Notes under the pieces: model-generated | Databases searched by the model: none | Told to the model about the DNA's origin: nothing | Seen by the model: only the letters and a program-made list of their open reading frames with translations | Program-made: the position numbers and the translations under genes | NCBI GenBank assembly: GCA_045599105.1 | Contig: JAZRVL010000054.1 | Coordinates: 2,670-66,669 of the forward strand | Source of the DNA: Kiritimatiellia bacterium | GTDB taxonomy: Bacteria > Verrucomicrobiota > Kiritimatiellia > RFP12 > UBA1067 | Direction of reading: 5' to 3' | Length of the DNA: 64,000 nt | Shown here: positions 19,101 through 28,330 of the stretch, one piece after another | How the letters are laid out: each line of letters begins with the position of its first letter | Position numbering within the stretch: position 1 is the first letter of the stretch

Positions 19101-22100
19101 ACTCAGCTCAAGAATGTCGAACTTATTGATGAAGAAAATGTTGTCGCATTTACTCAGAACAACGGCAATTCTAGTGATGTGTTTGTTTTCCCGAAACTGT
19201 CGGGCAATGGAACGTTTTCAGACGGAGCATTAAGCCCTGCAACACAAGGTATTCGCATTGTAGATGGGTCTGAATTTACGGGATCAATTAGTTTGACAAT
19301 GGGGCGGCGCATTGGTTTTGGTAATAACATTGATACCAAGGGGCAAAAGTCGATTTATGTGAGTGAAGGTTCAGTTGTAACTGTTGGCGATGCGAGTATT
19401 TGGACGGCAACTGATGGTATCAAGGTTTTTGGCACGCTTGGCGGTGCGGGGACGCTTGCGAGCGCGACGACGTTCGGCGAGGGTGCGAAGATTAAGCCGG
19501 CGGTGGGTGGACTTAAGTTCGGCTCCACGATTACCGGATCGGTTACGATTGACTGCGCGGATATTGTTGCGGCTGGCGTGAATGGTTCGGCGCTGATTAC
19601 GATGACGGGTTCTACGAAGACGCTGCCGACTTACACGCTTGAGAATGCAACTGGATTTGAGGCATTTGCAAAGGATGGCGCGCTCTATCTCGTGAAGAAC
19701 GGAGTGCGCGACTTCTATTCACGGTTTGATAACAACCCGGCAATATTCACATGGAATGGCGGGAACGCTGACTTCGCAAACGGTAAGATACTTCTCTTTG
19801 ATGGACTTTTAGGCGAGGAGGTCGTACCGAAGTTTGAAGTAACAAATAATCAATCTACAGAGGGAATACCTGGTCACACTGATGCTGTCATGCCGTGGCA
19901 TCTCTTCTGCGGGTCTGGCAATTCGACCTTCGATAGTCATGTTGATCCAAACTATGTCCTTCGGGTAGAGGCAAATCATGGTGCTGATCAAAAGACGATT
20001 GACGGGTCGTATAATGATATGATATTTGGTGGACTTATTGTTGAAAGCGGTGCAACAGGGTTCTCTCTTAAGGCAAGCGGAAACCGTCCCACTCGCATTG
20101 GCGATATGCGCACTTCTGGAGGTGTGGATACATGGTTCGTCTTTAATGAATCCTTTGAGATTCAGCGTGGGCAAGCGAATAATGCCAACAGCTCGAAGTT
20201 TACGATTTTTGGTTCTGTAAACTTTGATATTGCTGCGAATAAGAATGTGACGATTAATACTAATTACACCGCTGCCTATCCGACCCTTGATACGGGAACG
20301 CATGCCGTACTCAAGATGCATGGCAGTGGTACGCTTACAGTTGCGAATCTTATTGCGGCAGGCGATGTGACGCTTGACTATTCCGCGCTTGCGAGTGATT
20401 GCGATCCGTATATCATTGGTGGTATTACGGTTGACGCGAATACGACCTTCAAGTTTCCGGCTGGATTCGAGCCAACGAGCGAAGAGGAGCCGTCGTTCTT
20501 TAAGCTTTGCAGTGGCACGATTACGGGACCTGAAAGAATATCTGGCGCGAATATTTATGTCGGAGGGGTGAAGCTTTCGGGCAAGGAGCTCATATTTGAT
20601 CTTCAAAACGGTAAGGTTTCGTATCAGGATATAACTGCGCCGAAAATTACGGTAACTGAAGATATTTCAATTACCGACGTTGAAGGCCAAGTTACTTCCG
20701 GTTACACCGGTTTGGTGGAACTTGATTTTGAGTCTGATGGGCTTGCACTTATCATCGACAAGACGATTCCTTTCTCGAGCATCCTCTTGAAGTGCGATGA
20801 TGGTTTGGTGACGCTTGCGGCCGAGGATAAGGATGGGGCGTATGTGCCGGTTCAAGCCGATTTCGATAAGCTTAACTGGAACGATGTTTCGGTTGCGAAC
20901 AAGCGTATTTACCGTAATATCGCACCGTTTGGCTCGGCTCCGGCCGCGGGCATGACATATCGCTACGAAGGCACGAAGGCACTCGATGATATTCCGTATG
21001 CTCAGACGAGCGTTGCCGGTACAATTGAAATTGCTTGTCCAATTAGTCCCGACGAGAACGGGAAGGTGCAAGTGTTCCGCGACAAGAATATCATATTTGA
21101 CGGGGATTTTGGAATTTCCGCCTCGGCGTTCATTTGCGGAAACAAGGTTACAAATGGAGATGCAAGCCCTCGGCAAATCATCACCCAGAACAAAGGTGTG
21201 ATGACTTTGTCAAATAGTTATACTGGAGCTGACACAACGAGCGAGATGCCGCTTCTCTTTGCGCATTGGCCGTCAGTTTGTACGTATAATCTCGTTGGCG
21301 GCTCAATCATTGCAGAGAATGGCAATGTCATGTTCGGCAGAGACGGCACGATTGCGATGACTGTTGGCGGCGGCGCAACTGAGGCAATCTTTAAAGCGCG
21401 TGGCATCAATTGGAATACTCGCTATGACAAAGGCGATTGTTCGCTCACGATTTCCAATAACGGAGTCGTACAAGTCGGTGTCGGCGGCATTGATTTTCAT
21501 GAACAGAAGAAGGTTGTCCTCAATGGCGGTACACTCGGTGCGTATGATACTGCTACGATTTCGACTACCTTACCTGTTGAAATTAACGCGAATTCAACCT
21601 TTGATGTTGCCGATAATAAGGAGTTGTCGGTTACTTCGTCGATAACAGGTTCGGGCTCGATTACGAAGACTGGCGCAGGAACGTTGAAGTTTGACAATTC
21701 GCATCTTTTCTATGGTAGCCAAATCAGTACTGGTACGGAATTGGTCATCGCTGGCGGTACGCTCGATTTGAATGGTGCCTATACATGGGCGACAGATGGC
21801 TCGGGATTCCTCACCCAAAAGCCGATTACTCTCGGAGGCGTCGGGGCGACGACTATTACGGGTGGCAATGTCACATTCTATAGCAACAATAGCAATAATA
21901 TCGTCTACGATGGCGGTAATGGAGCGAATGCTCCGGCAGAATTCGCGGCTAATTGGCATGGGTCGTATTCGAATAATTCGTACACCCGCAACATCAATGT
22001 CGGCAAGGGCGCTGGCACGGATTACGACCTTTTGATTTCGGGAACAATTGGTCTTTCAGGCGCGCAGTTTAGTGGTACGATAATCCACAAGACGGGCGTC

Positions 22101-25100
22101 GGCACGGTCAAGATGACTGGCGAGTTCAACATACCGACGCTCTCGATTGACGCGGGTACTTGGAAGATGGGCGCGAATGGTACTTTGGCCGCTACGACCA
22201 CGATTGGGGCGAACACTACGCTCGATGTCAATGGGCAGACGGCGACTGTCGCGACGTTGACTGGTGTGGGCGAAATTATCAATTCGGCTGAAACTGCCGC
22301 CTCGATTAATATTACATCGGCCGCTACCATCTCGGGTAATATCAGCGGTGTCTCGCTCGTATCGCAAGGCGGAACCATTACCGTTGCCGAGGGTGCGACT
22401 GTTGGCGAAAGCGTCGGGTTTGTGGTTGACCTTGATGAGGCCGTTATCGGCGCTACTCCGTTCGTCTTTGCCGACGATTCGCTCTACGGCAAGGTCACGA
22501 CGAAGGGTGAGAGCAGCGCATTGGCGTATGATCCTGACACCCATACGATTGTATATGGCGGGAAGAAGCTTTCTGATACGATGATTTGGCTCCCGATCGG
22601 CGATTCGATTACCGAGGGCGAGCAGTACATGGGGCATTCTAATCAAGGCAATGTGGAAACGCGCGGTGGCTATCGTTATCAGCTCTACAGCCAGTTGACG
22701 GACGCGGGTATGAGTGTTCGTTCGGTTGGTTATCGCACGGGCCACATGGCAACTGTTGAGCCAGATGACTGTCCGTGGGCTTGGCATGCGGCGCAGTATG
22801 GCGGTGTGATTGCGCATGATTCCAACGGCACACATGGAGGCGCGCTTTTCAATGTTGAAAATACCTTGCAGGTCGCTGGCTACCCGGACGTCATCACGAT
22901 TCTTCTTGGCGTGAATGACCTTTCGATGAACAATCCTTCTGCGGAGAACATCTACGATTCGATGGATGCGATGGTGAAGAAGATCGCCAAGATGCGTCCG
23001 AATTCGAAGATCCTTGTTTCCACGCTGTTGCCGGCTGGTGGTAGCCGCGGCTACATCGATACCTACAACACGTTACTCCGCGAGAAGAGCGCCCAGATCG
23101 CTTCTCCGTTCGACCTTCCGAATGTCAAGCTCATTGATGTCAACAGTAAGTTCGGCGCGTATGCCGACGCCTACTTCAAGACGGATCATCTGCACCCGAA
23201 TGAAGTTGGCTCAATTAAGGTTGCCAAATCGTTCATGGGCTTCGTGGCAACGGCGATAGGCGAAATCGTCGATGGCGATACGAAGATGGTCCATGTCCAT
23301 AACGGGGAGAGCGGATATGTTGTCGTTCGCTTCTCGAAGGCGCTTAATAACGATGCGACGGCGACTTTGACGATTGCGGGTACGGATGTGGACGGTAATG
23401 CGGTTGAGGTTGCTTTCGAGAATGGCGCAGTCGACACTGATGACAAGCGGGTGATGCGTTTCGCGATTCCGCAGGGTACGACGTTGAAGGGCGGCGTTTA
23501 CACGGCAACGCTTTCGGCGATCGATACGACAACGCTCGCGTCTGACTTCGTGGAGATCCAGGGCGCTGGTGCGGAGGAGAATATTGGCGCGGCCTATCGT
23601 GATGGATTCCTGCGCTATGGTACGGTTACGTTCTCCAATGGCACGATTATCGATGGCATTGGCTCGGGAGACAACTGGCAGGGGAACGGTCCTACGATTC
23701 AGGTCGATCGGTCCGATGTCGAGGGCGTTGATATCAAGCGCGTCGGTTATTACCTCGAGTTGAAACGCGCGAACGAGCCCTCGCAATTCGTATGGGTATC
23801 GATGGACGCGTTCAATACGAGCTTGTCGAACTTGCTCGTTCCGACTGCGGCATCGGGCGCTCACAAGGCCAAGGTGACGAATCTTCAGGTTTTCGCGAAC
23901 CGTGCCAATGTGACGAATACGACGATAGACAATGGTGTTGTCGATACAACCCAGACGGGCGTCGTAGAGTTCACGCCGTGGGGTTGGAATGGGAATGAGC
24001 AGGCCGGCTATCCCAACGACATTTACTCGAGTAGGACTGGTTGGAACGATACGCTTGAGATGTCGGCCGGCACGCTCAAGGGCGGAATGCAGGTCTTCCG
24101 CTACACGGACGAGGCAACGGTCGATACCTTCACGAAGTTCGCGGCCGAAACCGTGTTCGCCGTCAACAACTTCAATTGCGATACGGCGATGGATTTGGGC
24201 ATCGGCTCGTTCTCGACGCACCGCAACAATGCGGGCGGTAACAATACTATTGCGTGCACTTGGGACTGGAGCGATTTCGTAAACAATAGCAAGTACACGA
24301 AGTTCGCGGTCAACGCCTACGAGGTGAAGAAGATGGAGATTTGGGTTGTGCCGATGACGAAGACCGTTTGGACGGGCGAAGGCGCGGACAACAATTGGAA
24401 TACCAAGGAAAATTGGAGCACAGGTGCGGTTCCCGCTTCGTATGCGGATGTGGAGATTCCGGCTAATGCGGAGATCGTGCTCAACGACGATATCGCAATC
24501 GCATCGCTGACCATCACTGATGCAAGTGCGTCGATTACGGGCACGGGTTCGATTAAGGTCACGAATCTCGCGGCCTCGACGCTCAAAGGCATCGCGACCA
24601 TTGCCTTGCCTGAAGGAGAGATTCCGAATGCGGATTTGCGCGCTCAACTCTCGGCAAGCGACTGGAAGGGAACGATTATCATTAAGAATTATGGTAGTTT
24701 CCGCACCTCTGATAATCATGTCGGCACGGAACTTTCCAGTGACATGGTGAATTGGGGTAACGGCAACTCGAAGGTCCAGTTTACGGGTGTGTTCGCGTGT
24801 TTGCCGAATTCGGATAGTTCCGCGCTCACGATACCGTGGGAATTGGTGCTAATAGACAATGAGACACCATATTTGAATTATACCCATGCTTGGTATAATG
24901 ACAACGGATATTCAAGAGATAATAGTATGCATTCGTTTGCAAAGCTTTCCGGCTCGGGTATGTTTTATGATAGTTTCAGTGGATGTACTCAAATTATCAA
25001 GTTTGGAGATGTTTCCAAGTTTACGGGCAAGATCAATATCGCCGGCAAGCGTCTAATCATAGGGAATACCGAAAAGATGACGGATGCCGGTAGCATCGCC

Positions 25101-25913
25101 ATTGCGGATGGTGCAATCGTCAATGCCGGAGTTTTGACGGCATCGAAGATTAAGTTCGGCGCCACGATAAAGATTCCCAATGCTACGCTTGATCAGGTGT
25201 TCGTTACGGGGCTTACCGCCGAGCCGGCATCAATTCCTGGCGTGCTAAATGAAGTCGGCAATACGATTGGTCTTGCGCTTAAATATGAGGAGGGTGTTGG
25301 TGGTGCGCCGAATGAGATTCGCCTTGTTGAAGCCGGTGCCCAGACCGAGTCCGGTAAGAGCTACGAGACAATTGAAGAGGCGATTAACAGCGAAGAATCT
25401 CCGACCATCAAGGTCGCTGCGGACGCGGCTCCGCTCGCAATTGAGAATATTACGGTTGGTAAGACCTTTAATGTTCATGCGGACACCAAGGCGAACTTCG
25501 ACTGGGATGAAACGACTGGTAAGTATCTCGCGTTGACGACGGCTGGACTTATGATTAAGGAAGGTACGCCGGCGAACCCGACCTTTACTGGCGAGGAGGG
25601 CGCTACGAAGAAGTTGGTTGCGCTTGGCCTCGATGCTTCGAGTGAGACCGATAAGCCGTTCCTCAAGCAAGTGGGTGGCGCCGCTGATACCATCACATTC
25701 GACTTCTTCCATGGTACGGATGGGACGGTGATTGAGGCGACTGGTATCGGCCGCTTGCCGGTCAAGTACTCGGTTGAGTATGCGGATACGTTGGACTTCA
25801 CGGGTAGCCAGACGACTGGGTTCACGACCGAGTCCTTGGTTTCGGTTGAATTGCCGACGGCGAGCGACAAGAAGGTTCACTACTACCGTCCGAAGTTCTC
25901 CTTCGGTAAGTAA
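16119..25913 (+). CDS. giant secreted/surface repeat protein (~3,264 aa) with autotransporter-associated beta-strand repeats and an internal SGNH/GDSL esterase domain
   Basis: AAGGAAAAGGAAAA then ATG at 16119. Signal peptide MKKTIRSFLTAALSLAALFA. Three ~250-aa modules start at ~16920, ~18720 and ~24369. Motifs of the type GSGSITKTGAGTLKF and HKTGVGTVKMTG are present. GDS...GVND...DHLH blocks lie at 22.6-23.2 kb. Confidence 0.85.
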   Translation: MKKTIRSFLTAALSLAALFATGGGVAAAATPVAVWSGDFLENSKNGTDNKTYTIVPNTGNSIATDGSYIQIGDSATLGALINISSGVSKPTVVVRYENMTIGASKYGLASFQYNKGTTTWPDAFSIAADGENSKKLTEVGCNLSTVGFTHTLTPDCTPSEGAGCYAVCIDSKNAIRYYDNPYVNSVPSGWAYKGYWNTSSWQLTDSLYNSIAVGGFSGSVGSTSYGAVQGMKITGIAVFVDTEPGNNNPNFFSDLKWPNKWIGCGSGDWSDPTKWALGHVPQSDEVAVIGNNDIVNVDINAAPTGVTICGSGTVVYDGKLPGNEKTSYQATAWIGIVWLKNKTTNGEIQFGNYGNASSFIKVTDFCGYLPKDGAVSATVELDGESSDYALKLKDGYSSNFFTFAKLTGSGKLVDDNTATQRIQITDGTEFAGDIDMQKGKQVVFGATTGNDAKRIVIMSDNVAKVANGKTWTATNGIFVNGTLGGAGTLASATTLSEGAKLKPTNGGLKITAALTAPSGITIDVSDMVINDEPILPLVTLNSAASGYTVNIENAPTGYGEFISGNVIYLAKTAAIATDAESFKAKYEAGGDIILGADIALSETIAAGDNATIYPFGHSLTGGALDNNFCMVTFNVDDSFVLGSTLTGAIGMFVKDGPGFMRHYIDSNTALIDNATVSVNDGRYTIGENNKNPKLVNPVFVLNGENASLENYGWPNVTGTLTIRSNYDREIFTNTNGATGIGERSAVLTGSPRLIKNGSGIITIGLACESLSGLEIVDGELVVSSKGGYDGTHPALSFVDNATFALPEGGMTDNLITKVTGTGALNGTTHIANIKIGKVDAIVTLVFDSSAKTVSYVLPAKAKLSEAALDWSDTDTWEGGAVPTSGLVEIPAGAIVNVDANANIANCTIAGAGTIVFIATDTTKTAAPTAPSGLTTSAWTGTVWLKGYGKGVLNSGKTGGNVGFKLDNYGNTGSTVALTGIEGYLLINGGSANGTTQLKNVELIDEENVVAFTQNNGNSSDVFVFPKLSGNGTFSDGALSPATQGIRIVDGSEFTGSISLTMGRRIGFGNNIDTKGQKSIYVSEGSVVTVGDASIWTATDGIKVFGTLGGAGTLASATTFGEGAKIKPAVGGLKFGSTITGSVTIDCADIVAAGVNGSALITMTGSTKTLPTYTLENATGFEAFAKDGALYLVKNGVRDFYSRFDNNPAIFTWNGGNADFANGKILLFDGLLGEEVVPKFEVTNNQSTEGIPGHTDAVMPWHLFCGSGNSTFDSHVDPNYVLRVEANHGADQKTIDGSYNDMIFGGLIVESGATGFSLKASGNRPTRIGDMRTSGGVDTWFVFNESFEIQRGQANNANSSKFTIFGSVNFDIAANKNVTINTNYTAAYPTLDTGTHAVLKMHGSGTLTVANLIAAGDVTLDYSALASDCDPYIIGGITVDANTTFKFPAGFEPTSEEEPSFFKLCSGTITGPERISGANIYVGGVKLSGKELIFDLQNGKVSYQDITAPKITVTEDISITDVEGQVTSGYTGLVELDFESDGLALIIDKTIPFSSILLKCDDGLVTLAAEDKDGAYVPVQADFDKLNWNDVSVANKRIYRNIAPFGSAPAAGMTYRYEGTKALDDIPYAQTSVAGTIEIACPISPDENGKVQVFRDKNIIFDGDFGISASAFICGNKVTNGDASPRQIITQNKGVMTLSNSYTGADTTSEMPLLFAHWPSVCTYNLVGGSIIAENGNVMFGRDGTIAMTVGGGATEAIFKARGINWNTRYDKGDCSLTISNNGVVQVGVGGIDFHEQKKVVLNGGTLGAYDTATISTTLPVEINANSTFDVADNKELSVTSSITGSGSITKTGAGTLKFDNSHLFYGSQISTGTELVIAGGTLDLNGAYTWATDGSGFLTQKPITLGGVGATTITGGNVTFYSNNSNNIVYDGGNGANAPAEFAANWHGSYSNNSYTRNINVGKGAGTDYDLLISGTIGLSGAQFSGTIIHKTGVGTVKMTGEFNIPTLSIDAGTWKMGANGTLAATTTIGANTTLDVNGQTATVATLTGVGEIINSAETAASINITSAATISGNISGVSLVSQGGTITVAEGATVGESVGFVVDLDEAVIGATPFVFADDSLYGKVTTKGESSALAYDPDTHTIVYGGKKLSDTMIWLPIGDSITEGEQYMGHSNQGNVETRGGYRYQLYSQLTDAGMSVRSVGYRTGHMATVEPDDCPWAWHAAQYGGVIAHDSNGTHGGALFNVENTLQVAGYPDVITILLGVNDLSMNNPSAENIYDSMDAMVKKIAKMRPNSKILVSTLLPAGGSRGYIDTYNTLLREKSAQIASPFDLPNVKLIDVNSKFGAYADAYFKTDHLHPNEVGSIKVAKSFMGFVATAIGEIVDGDTKMVHVHNGESGYVVVRFSKALNNDATATLTIAGTDVDGNAVEVAFENGAVDTDDKRVMRFAIPQGTTLKGGVYTATLSAIDTTTLASDFVEIQGAGAEENIGAAYRDGFLRYGTVTFSNGTIIDGIGSGDNWQGNGPTIQVDRSDVEGVDIKRVGYYLELKRANEPSQFVWVSMDAFNTSLSNLLVPTAASGAHKAKVTNLQVFANRANVTNTTIDNGVVDTTQTGVVEFTPWGWNGNEQAGYPNDIYSSRTGWNDTLEMSAGTLKGGMQVFRYTDEATVDTFTKFAAETVFAVNNFNCDTAMDLGIGSFSTHRNNAGGNNTIACTWDWSDFVNNSKYTKFAVNAYEVKKMEIWVVPMTKTVWTGEGADNNWNTKENWSTGAVPASYADVEIPANAEIVLNDDIAIASLTITDASASITGTGSIKVTNLAASTLKGIATIALPEGEIPNADLRAQLSASDWKGTIIIKNYGSFRTSDNHVGTELSSDMVNWGNGNSKVQFTGVFACLPNSDSSALTIPWELVLIDNETPYLNYTHAWYNDNGYSRDNSMHSFAKLSGSGMFYDSFSGCTQIIKFGDVSKFTGKINIAGKRLIIGNTEKMTDAGSIAIADGAIVNAGVLTASKIKFGATIKIPNATLDQVFVTGLTAEPASIPGVLNEVGNTIGLALKYEEGVGGAPNEIRLVEAGAQTESGKSYETIEEAINSEESPTIKVAADAAPLAIENITVGKTFNVHADTKANFDWDETTGKYLALTTAGLMIKEGTPANPTFTGEEGATKKLVALGLDASSETDKPFLKQVGGAADTITFDFFHGTDGTVIEATGIGRLPVKYSVEYADTLDFTGSQTTGFTTESLVSVELPTASDKKVHYYRPKFSFGK
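16182..16191 (+). repeat. G10 homopolymeric tract inside the signal-peptide codons
   Basis: Reads aca GGG GGG GGG Gta. It is the longest homopolymer G/C run I saw in the window. Confidence 0.95.
22581..23240 (+). other. SGNH/GDSL hydrolase domain inside the giant ORF
   Basis: Block I LPIGDSITEG (GDS at 22599-22607), block III LLGVNDL, block V DHLHPNEVG (23184-23195). Confidence 0.8.
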
Positions 25914-26019
25914 GCGACAAGCGCGTACGATTTGAGTGTGCCGTGCACTTGACTGAAAGAGGGGTATTGTGATATACTTTATCCCAGGTTGTTTTCATCA
26001 AAGGAAAGAGAGAAGTAAA

Positions 26020-26235
26020 ATGGGTACAGGTCGTACACTCCGCAAGGAATCACACGTTCGTCCGTGCAAGACGCCTGCTGGTAAGGCACGTAAGAGCAAA
26101 GCGCAGCGTGCGCGGCTCGTTAAGTTCGGTATGAAGGCCGAGGATGTGAAGCTGATGGGAGACGAAGAGGTTCGCGTTTTGGTGCAGCGTCCTACGGTCG
26201 TCAAGAAGCTCGTTCAAAAGAAAGCAGCGCGCTAA
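26020..26235 (+). CDS. small basic protein (71 aa), function unknown
   Basis: AAGGAAAGAGAGAAG SD-like stretch before the ATG at 26020. Lys/Arg-rich (MGTGRTLRKESHVRPCKTPAGKARKSKAQRARLVKFG). Confidence 0.5.
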   Translation: MGTGRTLRKESHVRPCKTPAGKARKSKAQRARLVKFGMKAEDVKLMGDEEVRVLVQRPTVVKKLVQKKAAR

Positions 26236-26240
26236 AAGAT

Positions 26241-27089
26241 ATGTTTTTTGTTAGCTGTTCCATTCCGGAACGGTTTGTAAATCCCCTCTTCGAGGTATTC
26301 GATGGAGGGGATTTCATATTGACTTCCTATCGGGACATTGAAGAGCCGCTTGCAAAAATGCGGATTTTCTTTGAGCGCGAAAAGGAGCGCGAGGGTGCGG
26401 AAAGAGCGCTTAAAAGCGCTTTGGAAATCGTAGGCGTCGATTGCTCAGTTGAGTTTGGAGCGATCGCTGACGAGGATTGGAAACTGGCCTATCGTCGGCA
26501 TTTCAAGACCGAGGAAATAGGAGCGCAGCTTGTAATTGTGCCTGCGTGGGAGAGTGTTCCCAATAGTGGGCGTTTGCCGATTGTTTTAGATCCTGGCATG
26601 GCGTTTGGTACTGGCAAACATGAAACTACTCGTGCGTGCTTGGAGTTTATTGACGAAGAGTCGTCAAAGGGTGGAACTTGCCTTGATATGGGATGTGGAT
26701 CGGGGATTCTTTCAATTGCAGCTGAGAAGTTGGGCTTTAAGGATGTACTTGGCTTTGATGTTGATGAGGAAGCTGTTAACGCCTCGATTGAAAACGCCGA
26801 AAAGAATAAGGCCAAAGTTAAGTATGTAAAGTTTGCGCTTGGACGCAATGATGGAAGGCGAGTTTCGGATAAAAAGTACGACTTGGTGGTGGCCAATATC
26901 TTAGGCCCACTATTGATTCGCTTTGCCGATGAAATTGTTTCTTATGTCAACGATCGACTTATCATTTCAGGTATCTTGACGGAAATTTATGATGAGGTTT
27001 TGTCGGCTTATACTTCACGGGGATTTAAGGAGCTTAAACGGAAGACTATTGGGGAGTGGACGAGTGGGATTATGACACTAAAAATATGA
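26241..27089 (+). CDS. prmA: ribosomal protein L11 methyltransferase
   Basis: DPGMAFGTGKHETTRACLEFI and the SAM motif LDMGCGSGILSIAA. Confidence 0.88.
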   Translation: MFFVSCSIPERFVNPLFEVFDGGDFILTSYRDIEEPLAKMRIFFEREKEREGAERALKSALEIVGVDCSVEFGAIADEDWKLAYRRHFKTEEIGAQLVIVPAWESVPNSGRLPIVLDPGMAFGTGKHETTRACLEFIDEESSKGGTCLDMGCGSGILSIAAEKLGFKDVLGFDVDEEAVNASIENAEKNKAKVKYVKFALGRNDGRRVSDKKYDLVVANILGPLLIRFADEIVSYVNDRLIISGILTEIYDEVLSAYTSRGFKELKRKTIGEWTSGIMTLKI

Positions 27090-27095
27090 TATAAT
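27087..27095 (+). promoter_or_regulatory. extended -10 TGATATAAT overlapping the prmA stop
   Basis: Exact TGnTATAAT, 25 nt upstream of the ATG at 27121. An AAGGGAGA SD lies in between. Confidence 0.45.
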
Positions 27096-27120
27096 AATGA
27101 CGACAAGGGAGATACAATAA

Positions 27121-27504
27121 ATGGCACAGTTTTATGATTATACGGGTGTGGTAGAAGAGGTTATGCCGATTCAGACATTTTCCAGTGGCTTTACCAAGCG
27201 GGATTTGATTGTCGGTAATGATGTAGATTCAACTTCTAAATATCCCAATCCCGTTAAGTTCTCGTTTAAGAAGGATAATTGTTCGCTTTTAGATTCAGTC
27301 AAAAAGGGCCAGCGGGTCAAGGTGCATTTCGTAGTGGATGGTCGCAAATGGGATGGACCTAAGGGGATACAGTATTTTGTTGATTTGACGGCGCTCAAAC
27401 TGGAGGTTTTAAATGGAGATGGGTCTTCAACCGAGCCCGTTCCTGAACCCGCAGAGCCTGACTTCCCCGCCGATGCCAATGACGTGGACGACATGCCTTT
27501 CTAA
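27121..27504 (+). CDS. DUF3127-like OB-fold protein with an acidic tail
   Basis: GVVEEVMPIQTFSSGFTKRDLIV...YPNPVKFSFKKDNCSLLD...VKVHF.V.GRKW pattern, followed by a D/E/P-rich C-terminus. Confidence 0.55.
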   Translation: MAQFYDYTGVVEEVMPIQTFSSGFTKRDLIVGNDVDSTSKYPNPVKFSFKKDNCSLLDSVKKGQRVKVHFVVDGRKWDGPKGIQYFVDLTALKLEVLNGDGSSTEPVPEPAEPDFPADANDVDDMPF

Positions 27505-28330
27505 GGCCGCCGAATATTTAAAATCCAAGGGCGTTGAAGACGCGCAAGTTTGCGCGGAGTTACTTATGGCACGACTTTTGGGCGTGGGGCGTGGGTTTAT
27601 TGTCTCTTCGCTCAATGATGAGGTTTCCGAGAAATATTTAGAGGCAATGCGCCGTGCGCTTGCGCGACTTGTTGTGGGCGAGCCGATTCAGTATGTCTTG
27701 GGCGAATGGGATTTTCGTGCGCTTACCTTGAAGTGCGATTCGCGTGCGCTCATTCCGCGTCCAGAGACGGAGGAGTTGGTAACTAAAGTGCTCGCCTACA
27801 TTAAAACCTTGGATTTTACGCCAATTGTGATTGATGTAGGTACGGGCACTGGCGCGATTGCGCTTTCGCTTGCCAAGGAAGCGGATAAGGGCGTGTTTAT
27901 TGCCAGTGACATTAGTGAGGCAGCGATTAATTTAGCTAAAGAAAATGCCGAGAAAACGAAGCTTGCTGGCAAGGTAAAGTTTGTGGTGATGGATGGACTG
28001 GATGATTTTGATGAGCCCAACACCTTGGATATTATCGTGGCTAATCCGCCTTATATTGAAAGTGCGGTATGTGACCAGCTTGATCGCAAAGTTAAAGATT
28101 TTGAGCCTCGACTTGCGCTGGATGGAGGAAAGGACGGGCTTAACTTTTACGAGCGGTATTTATCGGATGCGCTAAACCTTCTAAAGCCCAATGGTGCGGT
28201 ATTCTTTGAAATTGGCGATAATCAAGGTGAGGCGGTTAAAAGATTGATGGCAAGTTATGGCTTTTGTGAGATAAAAATTGAAAAAGACTTTGCGCTTCAC
28301 GACCGATATGCTTCGGCAATATTAAAATGA
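27473..28330 (+). CDS. prmC: peptide chain release factor N5-glutamine methyltransferase
   Basis: IDVGTGTGAIAL SAM motif and IVANPPYI catalytic motif. The start is uncertain (27473 or 27479); the gene overlaps the preceding ORF. Confidence 0.85.
   Translation: MPMTWTTCLSKAAEYLKSKGVEDAQVCAELLMARLLGVGRGFIVSSLNDEVSEKYLEAMRRALARLVVGEPIQYVLGEWDFRALTLKCDSRALIPRPETEELVTKVLAYIKTLDFTPIVIDVGTGTGAIALSLAKEADKGVFIASDISEAAINLAKENAEKTKLAGKVKFVVMDGLDDFDEPNTLDIIVANPPYIESAVCDQLDRKVKDFEPRLALDGGKDGLNFYERYLSDALNLLKPNGAVFFEIGDNQGEAVKRLMASYGFCEIKIEKDFALHDRYASAILK

Noticed and set aside
19809-24719. Several long minus-strand ORFs (265, 259 and 502 aa) inside the giant gene
   Set aside because: All are Arg/Ile/Asn-rich shadow frames opposite a continuous 9.8-kb + strand ORF with a clear repeat and domain structure.
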